A stretch of 64,000 nt of DNA, taken from NCBI GenBank assembly GCA_051362555.1, contig CM120644.1:22652534-22716533 (forward strand). Reading direction: 5' to 3'. Each line of letters starts with the position of its first letter. The stretch's first letter is position 1. Source of the stretch: Lingula anatina (Eukaryota > Animalia > Brachiopoda). Under the pieces are notes generated by a model. It had not been told where the DNA came from, searched no databases, and saw only the letters and a list, made by a program, of their open reading frames with translations. Shown piece by piece: positions 36,961 through 51,160 of this stretch. Both the position numbers and the translations under genes were made by a program.

Positions 36961-38429
36961 AAGTTGGAAAAATATATTATATATATCATAAAATCCTTGT
37001 TAAATGTGAGCTGTTATTTCTTTTAATTTGCTGTTATTACTAGACAATGCTGCAATTAATTGCAACAATTAAACTTCTTTAAAAATTGTACCTCTGCAAT
37101 TTAAAGATAAACTTGAACATAAAAAACTCAATTATTCTACCTAGTGAAGCACTTATATATTTTTGAAATAATTTTTTGAGCACTTGCCAGCTTCGTAAAC
37201 AGACAGTCCGCATGATACCTAGTTTGTAACTCTACACATGGATTTATACTATTTATCAGTGTAAAATATTGAGTCAAATAATTTTAAGTGATTATATGCG
37301 CTTTAACACACCTGAAAATTTAAAATGCATTCAATGTAACATTACTGAACATACATGCAAGTGATTATATGATCACTATACTGGGTAATAGTGTGACCTG
37401 TGTGCGATTGTAGAAGTGGTACAGTGCACATGCAGTCTACGGGCTATACTACATACCTTTTTGCCGTGAATTCACGTCATCATTTAGCCAATTATATAAA
37501 TACACCTAAAATACACGTATTTTCCAACTATTTGAATCTTTCTCTCGATATTGACATCGATTTTAAAAACCTAGGACGTATTTTTTTTATTGAAACAACG
37601 CATGGGAATCATCTATTAAATGTGCAAGCTTCGCATGGAAATCCATTGTTTACATCGATCAGATGTAGGTCAAGTGATCACGTGACCCCTTTCCGTTGCT
37701 TTGATTGGTTTAAAGGGTAGAACGGCAGCACTTGGAACTACTCGGATGTCTCCGCACTCGACAGTCGAGGATTGCCGATTGGAACGGCAGGGCTATTCAT
37801 TTTGATGTTTTGGCATAAATACTATCGCAATTATCTATATGTTGGCGCATCCTACGGTTGCCGAATTTATTGTGGATATTTTTTAACTGTTTATCTTCAT
37901 GGCACCGTGAAAATTGTCTGGCCACTGGAGCTTTTCACACAATGAAACGATAGACCAGTGTAGGTAAGGGACTACATGAACTGATCGCGGTTGTTAGGAA
38001 GTTTGCCTTTATTTTTCTGCGCGCGCGCGCATAGGTTTCATGAGGGCTCTCCGAAGGCAAGAATCGCACCCAATGTTAAGACTTTCTGTAAGCATCAGAG
38101 GTAAGTACCCAGTATTTTAATAAATCTGAGTAAATGCACGCTTGGTGAAAGTTTTCCTTCCTCTTTCGTAACGCCAAATAAAAATCTAATTATCAAATAG
38201 GCGGTATTCCCAAAGGACCTTTGTGGTGACTCAGTGGTTAAAATGACGACATCAGCTGCCATTTTCTGCAATTGTTATGCCTGAATTAGGTGACAAGGGA
38301 AACTTTTGAGAATATGGACACCTATAAAATATAACTTTGGGACATTTTCATCTTCAGAAACTTAATTTTCACTACGTGTGTTAGCAACTCTCTTACCTGT
38401 TGACGTAGCCTACTGTGCTGTGTGTATAT

Positions 38430-39050
38430 TCTTACAGTCGGCATGGGGTCACAAGATGGCCGCCACGCCTGGACTAGGCAGGGGGTGGAAACGCGCTACT
38501 TATAAGATTATGACGAGCCTAACCGTCAGCACCGGATATTAGTTTGTGAGCTTGAGGGGCAATAAGCCTTGGTCTTTGCGGCACGCATGAACAGTAGTCA
38601 TTTACCACACCCAAGTCTTTTGTCTATGACAACTGTTCACTCGTCAAGAGGTGCTTGTTCAAGACTACAGACTGATATCTACTAGTACTACCAGTGGCTT
38701 CATTAGTAACTTTTCCACAATTTATGGTTTTCTGTCTGTGCGTACATACCCTGAATTTGGTAAGCCTCACTGACGATAACAATGGACGTTTCTCACCCCT
38801 CTCTAGGATTACCCCTGGACTAAGGTAAAACAATCTGTAAGCTCCATTACTCCCCATGTTAAAATGATCAACTTTGATCGTCTGTATCTCTCACACCGGT
38901 AGATAATTAAACTTGACAACTGTTTAAGTATATCAACATAGGTATTTAGCGTCAGGAAATGGCCATCAAGGACCTTTTCTAGCATTGATGCCGATTTTAT
39001 CAGCTATTGAAATGCACCTCTCTTACACTGTAATTACATGAGCTGCAGTT
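38430..39050 (+). mobile_element. Degenerate Gypsy integrase (core end to GPY/F region)
   Basis: Eroded GVE / FA.R / P.LL.Y motifs followed by QGPFL in the expected order. Many indels. Confidence 0.4.
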
Positions 39051-39739
39051 ATAGTTCTGATTGTTTTTCAGGTGAGAAGTTCCAATGGCTTTCTTATCGG
39101 ATGAATCTGTCCACTTACAGTGATTGAACAGAACTTACCTGGATCCTCAAACAAGAGCCCTTTGAGGTGGTTTAATTGAAAGAAAGTGATCTTATCAGTT
39201 GGTGTCATTGTAGCAAATAGAACTAAAACAGATATGATCTTCACAGGTGTGGTCGTTGTATTTGTCTTTGAAAAGGGGAGCTGAAAGAAAGCTCTAATGA
39301 CAATTTACTAGTCTGATTTTATTACTGTAAGTACATGTCATTTTGAGAATTTGAACAATTTTTTCTAGTAATATTTTAATACCCATGTTGCTGCAGACAG
39401 AATTGAGATCATGGACAGGAATAACATTTTTACATACTCAATAAATCATTTAAAGAAGGACGGAAGTACATACGTTTTTTTATGTAGTCCGATAGTGTAT
39501 TTTCTTAAATACGACTCGCCGAAAGCGCGACTTCAATACGTGCACTAGTGACCTATTTATAGCGCATTGAATGCACGGGTTCTCACCTGTGAAAACCGCT
39601 CGTTTGGAGGAAGGCTGGAAATAGCCGAAATCGAGGCCACTGCGAGATGACGTCAGGGGTATGGCCTACACTGTCTGCGACTGAGTTGGGAGGGAGATTC
39701 ACGCGTCGGACTATGGTCTGGACGACGTAAATGATGAAA

Positions 39740-40560
39740 AAAAATGAGACGAGCACGGCAAGCGTCCGAAGCTTGACACAGTCGGTACTCCCTTTCAAAT
39801 TTGAACCCTTTCAGTCAGACTCTGAAGACGAGGGAGACGGCGGTGGCACTGGCGTCACTTCCAGTTTACAAGTTCTATATTTACTTCCTTAGTGGTAAGT
39901 ATAATAACATTAGAAGTATTATGCAAAATACTTCAGGAATAGGAGCAAAACGTAACATTTTGAATTAAATAAGTTATGTAAATTATGTCTGCATGTCTAA
40001 CATACATATATGCCATGTGTAACCTAATTTACCAGCGTTTTTTTATTTATTTATTTATTTATTTTTTGTAGAAAGGTGGTGTTTATATCACCATGCACTC
40101 AGGATTTGATTAGGGCTGTCTAAATCCCTATACATTGGAAATCGCATACTTTCAGCACAGGAAATAGTAATTCAAGTAAATCATACAGTAAATCAGACAT
40201 ATGGTACATGTAAACATATTCAATCAGTTACTCAAGCAATACTACCATCAGCACAATTCTGAAATTCTCTAAATCTTCGTCTATATTTTATTGAAATGTA
40301 TACATTGCTTTTAATTCACCCGAATATATAATATTTTTTATTTATTGTCATGAAACTTACTGGGCAATTGTATTATATTCTTACAGGAAATAGCTTCAAA
40401 TATATTATTGCCAAGTGGTGTGGCAGTGCAGATTTCTTTGGGGGAAAAGAATGCAGGGTCCCCCTACCTGCTTGTGCATTGATTAAGATTAGAAGCATGC
40501 TTACATCAAGTGGACATCACACAGAGTTAAAATTGCCCAACTTGGATTTACTTCTATTCT
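39740..40560 (+). pseudogene. Kolobok accessory (KolX / P2X7 C-terminal-like) spliced gene remnant
   Basis: VLPFKFEPFQSDSEDE; ITMHSGFD*GCLNPYTLEIAY; GKECRVPLPACALIKIR. Pieces are separated by intron-like DNA with AG acceptors. Confidence 0.75.
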
Positions 40561-41074
40561 ATTAACGTGCACGAGGACTGAAGTGACGTAGAGTTGATCT
40601 TGTATAAAGAAATGGTTAATCATCAAAGAATAAAAATATATACTGTATATGCACATTTATCACAAGTGTCAGATAGAAATCTTCATAGTAAAATCTTGTC
40701 CTGCTTTTCCATTATATTAAGTCAGTTTTATTTTTCCACACTACTATTATGGGATAAGCTTAAGATAAAAGAAGTTCAAATTGAATTTATATGATTATCT
40801 CACAGTACACTTTATTATACACATTTCATTTGCAAGTTTATTGCACAATATTTAAGACTTCATGACATATGAATTAAGGCTTGAAGTTTCACATGGTACA
40901 AATGCATATTAAATATTCATCTCATGTGAAATGTTTTCATGTTTTGCTTTCATATATTGAAGGGTGTCAAAATTAATTATGAACATAATCTCTCCATTTG
41001 GTGCCTCTGTGGACCCTATAACATTTTGGTTCTAAGTCAAATATACATAGAAATTTTCATGGCTTGCAAAAGAG

Positions 41075-44000
41075 CTGCCCTTCACTTGTTAAATCGAGAC
41101 AGTCTCACAAAATTGAGATCTCCTGTACTGTGCTGTCAAAAGGGGTGGGGCTATTCCCACCAGAGGTATATCACTTAATTTTCTTCAACGGTCTTCAACG
41201 GTCAGCAGTCAGTGGACAAAACCTAAAACGATGTACTTTTTAAGTAATTAAAATGATTTAAAGTAATTCAAATCCATTATGAATTCAATTCAATGTAAAT
41301 CCTGACCAAGTGCTGCTGAAGAAATTTGTCAGAGGCATACATGATGTGACCAGAATATTCTGCATGTGACATATTTCATTTCTGTTTGTCTGGACATCTG
41401 TGGCAATAAAAATAATAATAATAATAATCAATGCAATTGTCATAAATTAAAGTACACAAAATGAACTAATATATAATGAAGCTTTCCCACCTTTACATTG
41501 AATTTTAAGCTTAGACTGAACAGCAAATGATATTGGACCTTCATTCCCTTCAGCTGGGACCCTCTTGTTACTCTGTCATTCTTTGCTAGTGGTTACAAAA
41601 TGTTGAATTTGACCGAAAATTTCAAACTTTCTCTGGGAAGCTGTAATTTTGCGATGTGATAGATACACCATCACAGTTTATCATTTCATAAAAAGGGAAA
41701 CAGCAGCTGCCCTTTTTAGGGCACACAGGAGAGTTGAACAGCTATACCCACCAAATCCAAGACGCGTTACCCTGGGTAATATATTTTGCACAAACTAATG
41801 AAAGTCTAATGGAATGTTTTCAGTTTTAGTTTAAATCATAAGGGGGTGTTGTCTCAATGCTTCAAAACTGGTTTTGAAGAATTTAATCCACATTTCATAA
41901 TTAATAAAAATGGTGAATATGTGGGTCACGGTAACGTTATTGACGCGGGTACAAAAACTTTTTATAATCATGTAAATAATAACAATATTTTTGCTATTAT
42001 CCATACACACTTCATTCATGAGGGGCACACCACTTTCACATGCTTTTAAAATGGAATTGACAAACACAGAGGAATAATGCACATATTTTATTTACTGTAA
42101 CTCTGTCATATGGGACACACACTGAACAAAGTTGATCTAAAGAATGTTCCAGATTGTATTTTTTTATAAGAAATATTATTTTTTTATTATAATTTTAACC
42201 CAAAAAGTTCAGTTAAATACAAAATTTAACAAAATGAAGTTCAGTGTAACACAAAGTTCATAATTATAACATTCTTCCTGACATATGTAGACCAATGGTG
42301 ATATCTGTTCTGTGCTCACTAAGGCATCCACTCTTCGGATTCTGAAAAAAAATCACACAAAGAATCTGTTAACTCTGATAACGAACAATGGATAACCTAA
42401 GATCACAAATAGTTTATTGCTTATTCAAACAAAGTACAGTGCATTATGAGTGGCAAACACGCATTACTGAGACACATTTTCTTCACCCATTTTCGGTGCT
42501 TCATTGCGTAACGTAAGTGTTGCTAGTAATCCATTATTGCTGTTTTTACAGACGGTTAAATTTTAAACGCACGGAATACAGTGTAGCAGCTTAATTTAAG
42601 ACAAAACTAAAAAAAAATAATTCAATTTCGATGATTGAGTTTTCGAGAACAAGAGAACATGAATACGGTATCACCGCGTCACCATGTTCAATATGACCTT
42701 TAGTCCCCCATGTGAAACAGACGCAAAACGAAAGTTCAGACGAAGTCACCCTACTTATAGAATGGTAAAAATCAATCGGTACACAAATATGTTGAAACAA
42801 TTGAAGAAAAATGAAACGAAACTCATTATTTCTCACCTTCATACAAAGAAGATCCCAATAAACAATCCTGTGACGGTTAAATCGAGGGAATTACACCTGT
42901 GCCCTGCATCCTATCTCGACAGCGTCATTGCGTAACATGTTATCAGAATGGGCCACCCGCCAGTTTGAGCTGGGTTTTTTTAGTGTGTAAAAGAAGCCAT
43001 TCGTGTGTAGACGTCATCAGTTAGTGAGTATGGAAGAAGATCGCTATCGATGTATAATTTTCACGCGGCATTTTAAAGTCGTCTGATAAGAATCGATCTC
43101 TGAAGTTTCAGCGTTGCGAACGTAATATTGGGACACGGTGAAGAAATATCGACCTTGCTGAGCAATAAATGTGAAATTCTTAAGAAAACTGATATTATCA
43201 TGGATTTCGTGACACAAACTAACCGAAATACTACTTTGGACGTTTGAACAGTTTTAATACGGAAAGATAGGATTAGATGAAATTTTCATCGGGGTGGGAC
43301 ACCGCATGTATCGTAAGTTAAGCTAATTTTGTGATCATTTTTCAGTGACTTCAAATAAATTTTTATTTAAATAACCATTTGCACATTCTGTTTATTATAT
43401 CTTCTTGCAGTAGGTGTATTCCCTGCTTCAATAATTCATTCAAACCCTAAACAAACTGTTCCTAAATAGAGGTAGGGTCGAAATTCCACAAAAAAAGACG
43501 CCATTTTGAGGGTAATTTCGATATATTTTCTGCTTTTTCTCTTCTTTTGCTTTTATAACAATATCCTCCTTGCTCATGCAGCTTCTTTGATTTGTTATTG
43601 AAACATACACAACGATGTCATGAGAATTTGGTCGGCTATATAAATTTAAATAACATTCTTGTTATGGTCCCCCCGCAGTGCACCACTAGCAAAGAATGAC
43701 TGTACTAGTATCTGAAAATATAAGAAAACATTCTACGTATATGTGGACAGACTTAATAACACAATTCAAATCTTTTCTATTAAAATACACTCACACACAC
43801 AGACGTAAACTATAGTTAGGGTAAAAAGATAATCTAAACAAGTGATTTAAAAAATCTCCACAGCTTCTGCCCTTTACTGGTATACTGAGTGTCATCAGTT
43901 AGTTTTAAATCATATAAACTTATCATAAATAAAAAAAGTAATGGAAGTACTTATGAAAGACTGCATTCTAATTACAATCTATGATACCTTGTGCCACTGT

Positions 44001-44300
44001 ATGATGAATATCTTGGTATGCAGGCGAGTGGTCGTAACTATCTCTGTCAGCAAAATTTTACATTTCTTCTTCTTTTTCAATGTTTTCAATTGTCGTTACT
44101 CTATCAGGTAGCGCGAATCTCAAATTGTTTCTCACATATCAGCATCGTCTTCGACAGCAGATCAAAATCTTTACGGCACGCAAACAAAATTGATCTTTTT
44201 TTACCCGAAAGAAATGAAACAAAACTTCGTCAATAGAGAAACTAGTACTGTTGCTTCCATGCACCACACAATAGCGTCCTTTGCCTCTCTTCAACTTGTT
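41075..44300 (-). pseudogene. Kolobok transposase remnants (THAP domain at ~44050-44300, C-terminus at ~41075-41570)
   Basis: KGRYCVVHGSNS..LFHFF..FV..RKDF..LICEKQF is THAP-like. The C-terminus reads GIAPP..SRFNK*. Confidence 0.65.
41573..43702. mobile_element. TIR element with 4-bp TSD (Sola-like) nested in the Kolobok
   Basis: TIR C(T/A)GTCATTCTTTGCTAGTGGT / ACCACTAGCAAAGAATGACTG with TACT on both flanks. Faint minus-strand LDQL and WIKFFKTSF traces resemble Sola-type transposases; the superfamily call is tentative. Confidence 0.7.
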
Positions 44301-46209
44301 TCAGTTAGAATGATGAGAAACACAACCCGCTTCAAACTTCCAAACTATATCAGCATGACGGCGAAGCGAGTATACCAAACATGTTACGTCATTTCCGTTT
44401 CAGCGAGTGTTAGGCAGTCGCGTTCAGGTGAGTTGTTTTGCATTATCGTCAATTACATCGCATCAGGGTATCGCTCGGAAACGGGAGTCCCGGGACTCCA
44501 ATATTAAAAAATTACTCAGTCGGACTACATAAAAAAACGTATGTACTTCCGTCCTTCTTTAATTATTGTATTATGAAGTGCGTAAATGGCAATGATATGC
44601 TATTGGAACAGATAACTAATACTTCTTCTTTGTGATGTTGCACACTTTCATCAAGAGGATAGAACGCAAGAAAGGCTATCAATGCACATACTCCAGTATA
44701 TGAATTGGAAGAAACAAGCGGGTGGAGCTGTTTGCTGAGTAAAATCTATTAACCCGTGCAATTAGAAAAAACACTCAACAATCAAATTTTTGTTATGGAT
44801 TCAGTGTTTTTATCCTTTGGACATTACTGTTATATTTGTTTAAAGGTTTTATATAATAGAAATTCTAATTCATTTTTACTGTACAAATGTTAATTAAGAA
44901 ATGCAACTTTACAACATATGTCAAGGAATTTTATACTCCTTTCTTACATACCTTATAGACAGAAATAAAATGTAAATTTTAAGTCAACAAATTTTATTGT
45001 ATCTTTCATTTTGCATTTTGTTTAAGAATTCAAAGTGATTTATGACGGTTAAATATGCATTTAATTAGGATTTTTATAGATCATACTTTGTATTGTGATA
45101 TTGAGTCTGATGTTCTAAAAATGAAAATGGAATCACTACCTTATAAATTTATTTTATTTTCTGAAAAAAAGACAACATGGACTTCATTTAACATCAGTCA
45201 AAAATGATTTGTAGATTTTGACAAATTATAAAGATTAAAGTGAGGCTTTAATTCAAAAATAAAGAAAAATAGAATATTCAAAGAGCATTATTGCTGTCTT
45301 TCAAATTATTTCCAATTATGAAAATCAAGGATAAAAACTTGTAAGCTATTGGTGATTATTACCCCCTCCCTTCCAGCAGCATTAAAGCTGAGTGAACGTG
45401 GTTAAAACTTTTTGTATAATTGGATAATTATGGATGAATCAATTCATTTATGAAAAATAATTTTGGCAGGGCTCTAGTGAATTTTTTTTTACGTTTTTGC
45501 AAAAATTATTAAGGCTGAAAAAGTATTTCATAGTCTCTTCAAACATAATCCAGATAACAGTAGGAGAAGAAATTTTAATGGAAAACACAGCAGTGACAAA
45601 TTAAAATTCTTTTTGATAGCACATTAACTGCATTACTTGAGACACTTACTTTGAAAACAACAGGTACGCCATGCTACCCAAGCCCCCTTTTCTAGCTTAT
45701 CAAATCTTTCAAATTGAGACCTCTAAAAGCAATATGAATATAATAGTTTTCTTTGTTTAGATAATGATTTTATTATACAAGAATTCTGACTGTATATTAA
45801 TGAACTGGTGCGTATAGGTCATAGTGTCCCAGTAGGAAAAATTGCTTTAAAAATAGTACGCCACCATCGTTGTTAAAGTCGCCACTGACGCTAGAAAATC
45901 ATTTTGATGGCCATTTTCCTGAGCTAAATACGTAAGTGAATATCAACAAACAGTTGTCACTCGTATTTGTTCACAGATTTACTTGATACAGACGATAAAA
46001 TATGCCTATTATATCATGCATCTGCTGATAAAATCACCATCAGCTCTAGAAAATCCTCCTGAGGCCTATTGACTGACGCCAAAAACCCTAGCGAATATAA
46101 CCAAGTGGTTGTCACAATTAATTGTCCTCTGGTCTGTTTGATAAGAACGATCAAAGTTCACCAATTTAACATTGAGAGTAATGGGCGCAAGCCAATGTTT
46201 TACCCTAGT

Positions 46210-46296
46210 CCAAAATTAGAGCCGGTAATCCGGTAACCGACTGTAATAATTTCCAAAATTAGAGGCAGTAATCCGGTAACCGACTGTAATAATTTC
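46210..46296 (+). repeat. ~44-bp tandem duplication
   Basis: CAAAATTAGAG(CC/GC)(G/A)GTAATCCGGTAACCGACTGTAATAATTTC occurs twice. Confidence 0.9.
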
Positions 46297-46492
46297 CTTT
46301 TTGCTTCTACAAGCACCAACTTAGTCAATATAGAGGCATACATGTATCCTGTTTCCTCTTCATGTGGACTCTATATGTTAGGATTTGAACATATAAAATT
46401 TGGTACAAAAATATATGTTGGGGGCTACTGTCAGCGTTTGTTATCATCGAAATACCCATAATAAAGATTTTGGTGCATTTAATAATCAACTG

Positions 46493-46526
<34 letters not shown>

Positions 46527-49500
46527 GATCCCCTTGAGAATGTAAAATATTAGCATTCATGTTTTTCGAAGCTGAGCGTTTATCGTCAATTTTACAGCTT
46601 TTTATTTTAAGGTGACATAACATTCGAAATGAGGCGTTACTTCATCCCTGAACCGGATTTAGTCACGGAAATTGGCATAGCTAACCCATTTAAATGGGCT
46701 TTTATTTAGGCTTATTTTATTTTATTTTATTTATTTATTTTTATTTATTTATTTATTTTTTGCCATGGAGTTATAGGCCCCTTATTGCAATGATTCCAGT
46801 TAGCAACGGTATCATTTTTCATTATTAACGATAAAACCTGACATGTGATTTTAAAGAAAAATCACTGGTAGGGTCTGAATATACTCAATGATGTCTTTAA
46901 ATTGACGTCAAAACGGTTTTTCTGATGTGCTCCGATAAAGAAAAAAATTCGAGAATTTTCGTATCAAAATATATATTATGATGTATCGGATTGGCTATGA
47001 GCAAACCAAATTCAATTTTCATAAATATTTTCATCAACCTTTGAAAAAACTCCTCTACCCATCCCTGCTCTTGAATTTGTCGTTTTACCCTTTCTATTTC
47101 GGATTAAGTAGAAACATTTAATTCTTAATTACTGATTACTGTCTTAAACCTTCTTGTCTTCCTGCGCATTTCAGAAAGGAAATGTCGACAGTAGTTTCTT
47201 AATTGTTTTTTTTTATAATCTGGACTGAAAACTGAAAAAATACTTTTTCAGGAAAGATAATCATTAAAAATATCACTTTAAGGCGTTTTCAAACTCAGAA
47301 TAAACTTTTGCTGCGATAGTTTATTTTATTAGTGTCAGGCCGAAATACTGCAATGTGTGTATATATTTATGGACCTAATTCATCATTATAGTCCTTCTTT
47401 TCAACATTCACCTACTGCTGAGATTAACATCAACCCTTCTCTTGACATGTGCAAATATTTCCAGTTGAACAAAGGCCCAACTAATCCAAATCAATATAAG
47501 CTAACACTATTCATACACTGGCACGGCAGCTTTCAGCAACCTGGAAAGGCCGGAGCTCGCAATAACTGCGCACGCAAACACTCAAACAGCTTTACAAACA
47601 GCTGGAATCTAACTAAAAAGGTTAAACCGTAGACTAAGTAAATTGGCTTTGGGCTTTGAATGGGCATACTGGTTTTCTGAAATGCTATACAATATGACTA
47701 CACAAATACAACAACAAACATTGGAAATTAATTTTATTGATTATTTAAAGTAAGTGACGATTGCACAGTCGTTCTTTCCATGGTAACCAATAGGCCCAGG
47801 CAAGGTCAACTATCCTCCACCATTTTGTAGTAATTGGCTTCAAGTTCCACGAATTCGACCCGAATTTTCTGAGCTTAGGTCAGCATCAGAGGTTAATACC
47901 CATCAATAAATGTGAGTAAAGACAAGCTTGGTGCGACAACATTATGTTGTAAAGCAAATTACTTACTTTTTCACTAATTGCAGATAACAATTAAAACGGA
48001 ATCAAACGAGTAAAAGAATAGGGAGTTATTGAGTGTAAGTTGGGTTTAATCAAAAGTTAACAAGTGTAGAACGTGTTTTTAGTGTCAGAAAAAGATGGAA
48101 AAGGTCAAAGTAAGTAACAGTATATGTGATTGGTTAATTTCATAACATATTTTAATTTTGATCATCTATTTAACACATGATAACGGATTTTTGGATAAAG
48201 TCCAAGCATGAGTAATTCAAATAATATGTTAGATATCTTTAATTGAAAACAAGTTTCTTAGGGATTACCTAATAAGGAAATGTCGCATAGTGACTCACAA
48301 CATGAGAATGGAAAATTCCTTGTAACCACGCAAAGACAATGGAAAAGAAAACAAGTAAATGCGTGATCAGTATGGAGAAATTAAGAATAAATATTTGTGC
48401 AGTTGTATGGAGAGAGAGTCGGTGAATAAACGTTCGAAAGCTCCAGACTGTTGTCGTTATTCCTCACTATAACACTGCCAATAATGTGAATTTATAATTT
48501 TTAGATTTTCCATATGCAATAGAATCTTACTTTTACATTTCCCTTCCTCATAATTATAAGGAGGTATTATAAGAGTAAGATAATATTTTTACCACATCGT
48601 TGCATTATTTAAAACAATATGCACGTGTTAACTAAGTATGCTTTTTTTCGTTACCGAAGTTAGATAACATCTGAATCATGTTTTATTTCATAGGTCTCAG
48701 GTTTCATTTTCGATTTAAGTGCTACCAATTTAGTATGAAATGAACGTTTATTTATCAGCAGACACATATCTAATGTTAAAAAAAAGAAAAATCGTTAATT
48801 CGTTATCCACACTCCACGTTTTGCCAAAAGTATGTTTTGATAATCTTAGTAACAGAGGGTAGGTACATTGGGGTTAACTAGATTAATTTCTATTATAAGT
48901 TTTAAATTCAGTGACGGACTTAAGCATAATGGTGGTTAAGTGATTATTCTTTTGTAGCTTTATCCGTGGGGTTCAGTTTCTCAACAAATAAATGAAAATC
49001 AGCTGTAAAACTAAAGCGGCAGATGAAAACCGTGCTTTTTGCGGCACATAGACACTCGGGGTTCTCGTTAAGGGAGTGCTACAATGGCAATTGTTGTCTT
49101 TTTTGCCGCTGTGTTGTTATAGGCTAAACTTTTTTTCGGAAACAATTTTTTTTTTGAAAATCTCCGACAGGTATTTTTTTGAATTGGTACCTTTTTCATG
49201 GAATGGGTAAATATACAAGTTTAAAACATATTAGCAATGACCTAAAATGGGGTACTCATGTGCATCATATATACTGAAACGCGCGCCCCCTCCGGCGCGA
49301 CCGAGCCCGGAGTGGCGGCGCCGTTCGAGTTCGGGATCGGGGCGGATGTTGCGCTCCCGTGGGAAAGTATATCCCAAGCTAATGACAAGAGTGGATTTCG
49401 GTACAAACATTTTATTGAAAACAAAAACGAAAATAAAAACATAATGTTACAGTGAATTAAAGTTATACTTCGTTAACCACTAAGTCTCTTATTTTTGGTA

Positions 49501-50823
49501 GCGCTGCTTTGAATAAAGCCTTAGATCATAGTTCTAGTCACAATGTTCTAGTAATATTTCTCTGAGCTCTTTCTTTGCGAAGATTAAAGTCATTTTTCGG
49601 TCCTCAACGTTCAGGTAGCGTTTCACCGAGCTCAATTATTGCACAAAGGTACATTTCAATTACCACGTATATCAATCAAAGTTCAATAGTAACAACAACT
49701 GTTAAGCTAAAGTTAAAGTCTTTAAGTTTCAAACGCAACGTCTTTAGTAGCCTCTGGACTCTGGTAGCGTCTGGTCTGGGGATGACAATTCTCGTAGCCT
49801 GGATGTTCATGGGAACGTCTGCCGACACTGCCCGTCTAGAATTTAGTTTCATGCTGACTGTCATTTCATGCTGACTGTCAGTCACTCTCATATGGTCACA
49901 TTATAATTTCTCATGTGGTCGCTTCATTTTCTTGTTTGTTGAGGACAGGCACGCATAGTCATGCGCATTTTTCTCATTTGGTCGCTGTCAGTCATAAGCC
50001 TCATATAAGCCATGAACCTCATGTCATTCACGACGGTATGTTGTTATTTTGGTCAATCTTATACCATGTTCGCCTTGTCTTAGAATTGTCTCGTCTGGGT
50101 ACGGTGTATCGTGTTTACTTTTCAGTTAATCTTTCGGCATTGTGCTTTGGTATGTCATTTGCCATACCAAGCCTAAATTATGATTAATAATAAAAATAAA
50201 TTCTTACCAAATTATCTTAATACTCATGCATCACGGTGCATGACCTTTTGGCTTATTCGAAATTTCTAAACTTGCTATGACAGGAACTATAGTTTTTACA
50301 AAGTTCCTAATAACATTTTCAAGGGTTTTCCTCAGGGAGAATTCTTTTCGATAAAAGAGTGGGATCATAAAGGATTTCCTGTAGTGTATAATTTGTAGAG
50401 TTTAATTTCGTGTGAAGTTTTGTTATAATTAATGTAATGCAAGCACTTGAGCTTAAAGTAGCCAATCATCCGAAAGTCGATACAGCTGTTGAAGCTGCCA
50501 ATGGTGGAGACAACATGAACGTTGCTGCGGTCCAGTATGCTAGAAGGCAAGTGACGTCCTCGATGGAGCCACAATTCGAGCGACACATTCCCGATGAAGA
50601 GTGCCGTCTGTGGTAGAGTCTGCTAGGACATGCTGCACCCTGTCCAACGTAGTGGCTCGGGGTATCGTAAGGTTCACGTTGCATAACCTAGCGTGCCTCG
50701 AGCCCCAAGAGAGATGCCAACTAGACAAGAAACCGAGAAGATGCTGACTGAAAGCTGGCGCCGATAATTAAAGGCGTGGGTTGCTAAAAGGTGATGCCAT
50801 GTAGAAGAGGGACACTGGTCCCG

Positions 50824-51002
50824 TGTTGTGCCCGGCCGAGATGGTCGGAAGAGGACGAGGTCCGATGTTGTGCCCGGCCGAGATGGTCGGAAGAGGACAA
50901 GGTCCTATGTTATGCCCGGCCGAGATGGTCGGAAGAGGACAAGGTCCTATGTTGTGCCCGGCTAAGATGGTCGGAAGAGGACAAGGTCATGTGATGTGCC
51001 CG
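50824..51002 (+). repeat. 42-bp tandem repeat, ~4 copies
   Basis: TGTTGTGCCCGGCCGAGATGGTCGGAAGAGGACAAGGTCCTA units with no spacers. Confidence 0.95.
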
Positions 51003-51160
51003 ACTTGGCCAGTCGGATGAGCGGTTCCAGACCTGGGGTCTGATGTTTTTTTTTTTTTTTTTTTTCCTTTTTTTTTAAAGAGTACCGACTGTTTGTCGGA
51101 AGTAATGGTTCCAGACGAGAACGACTGGAAGAACCCGCCCAGTAAGACCTTACCGCAATG

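Larger units (their letters stand above)
34101..37927 (+). mobile_element. Internally deleted DNA transposon with ~200-bp TIRs (Academ-like)
   Basis: 34101-34300 is the inverted match of 37682-37925 (GTGGCCA.ACAATTTTCACGGTGC..ACCAATCAAAGCAACGGAAAGGGGTCAC). TSD not clear. Confidence 0.8.
39454..44558. mobile_element. Kolobok DNA transposon (decayed, with nested element)
   Basis: ~39-bp TIR AGAAGGACGGAAGTACATACGTTTTTTTATGTAGTCCGA at both ends with TTAA TSDs. Contains two convergent gene remnants. Confidence 0.92.

Noticed and set aside
46607-47282. TTAA-flanked Kolobok-like MITE
   Set aside because: The TIR match is only a few bases (GGTGAC versus ATCACT), too weak to call.
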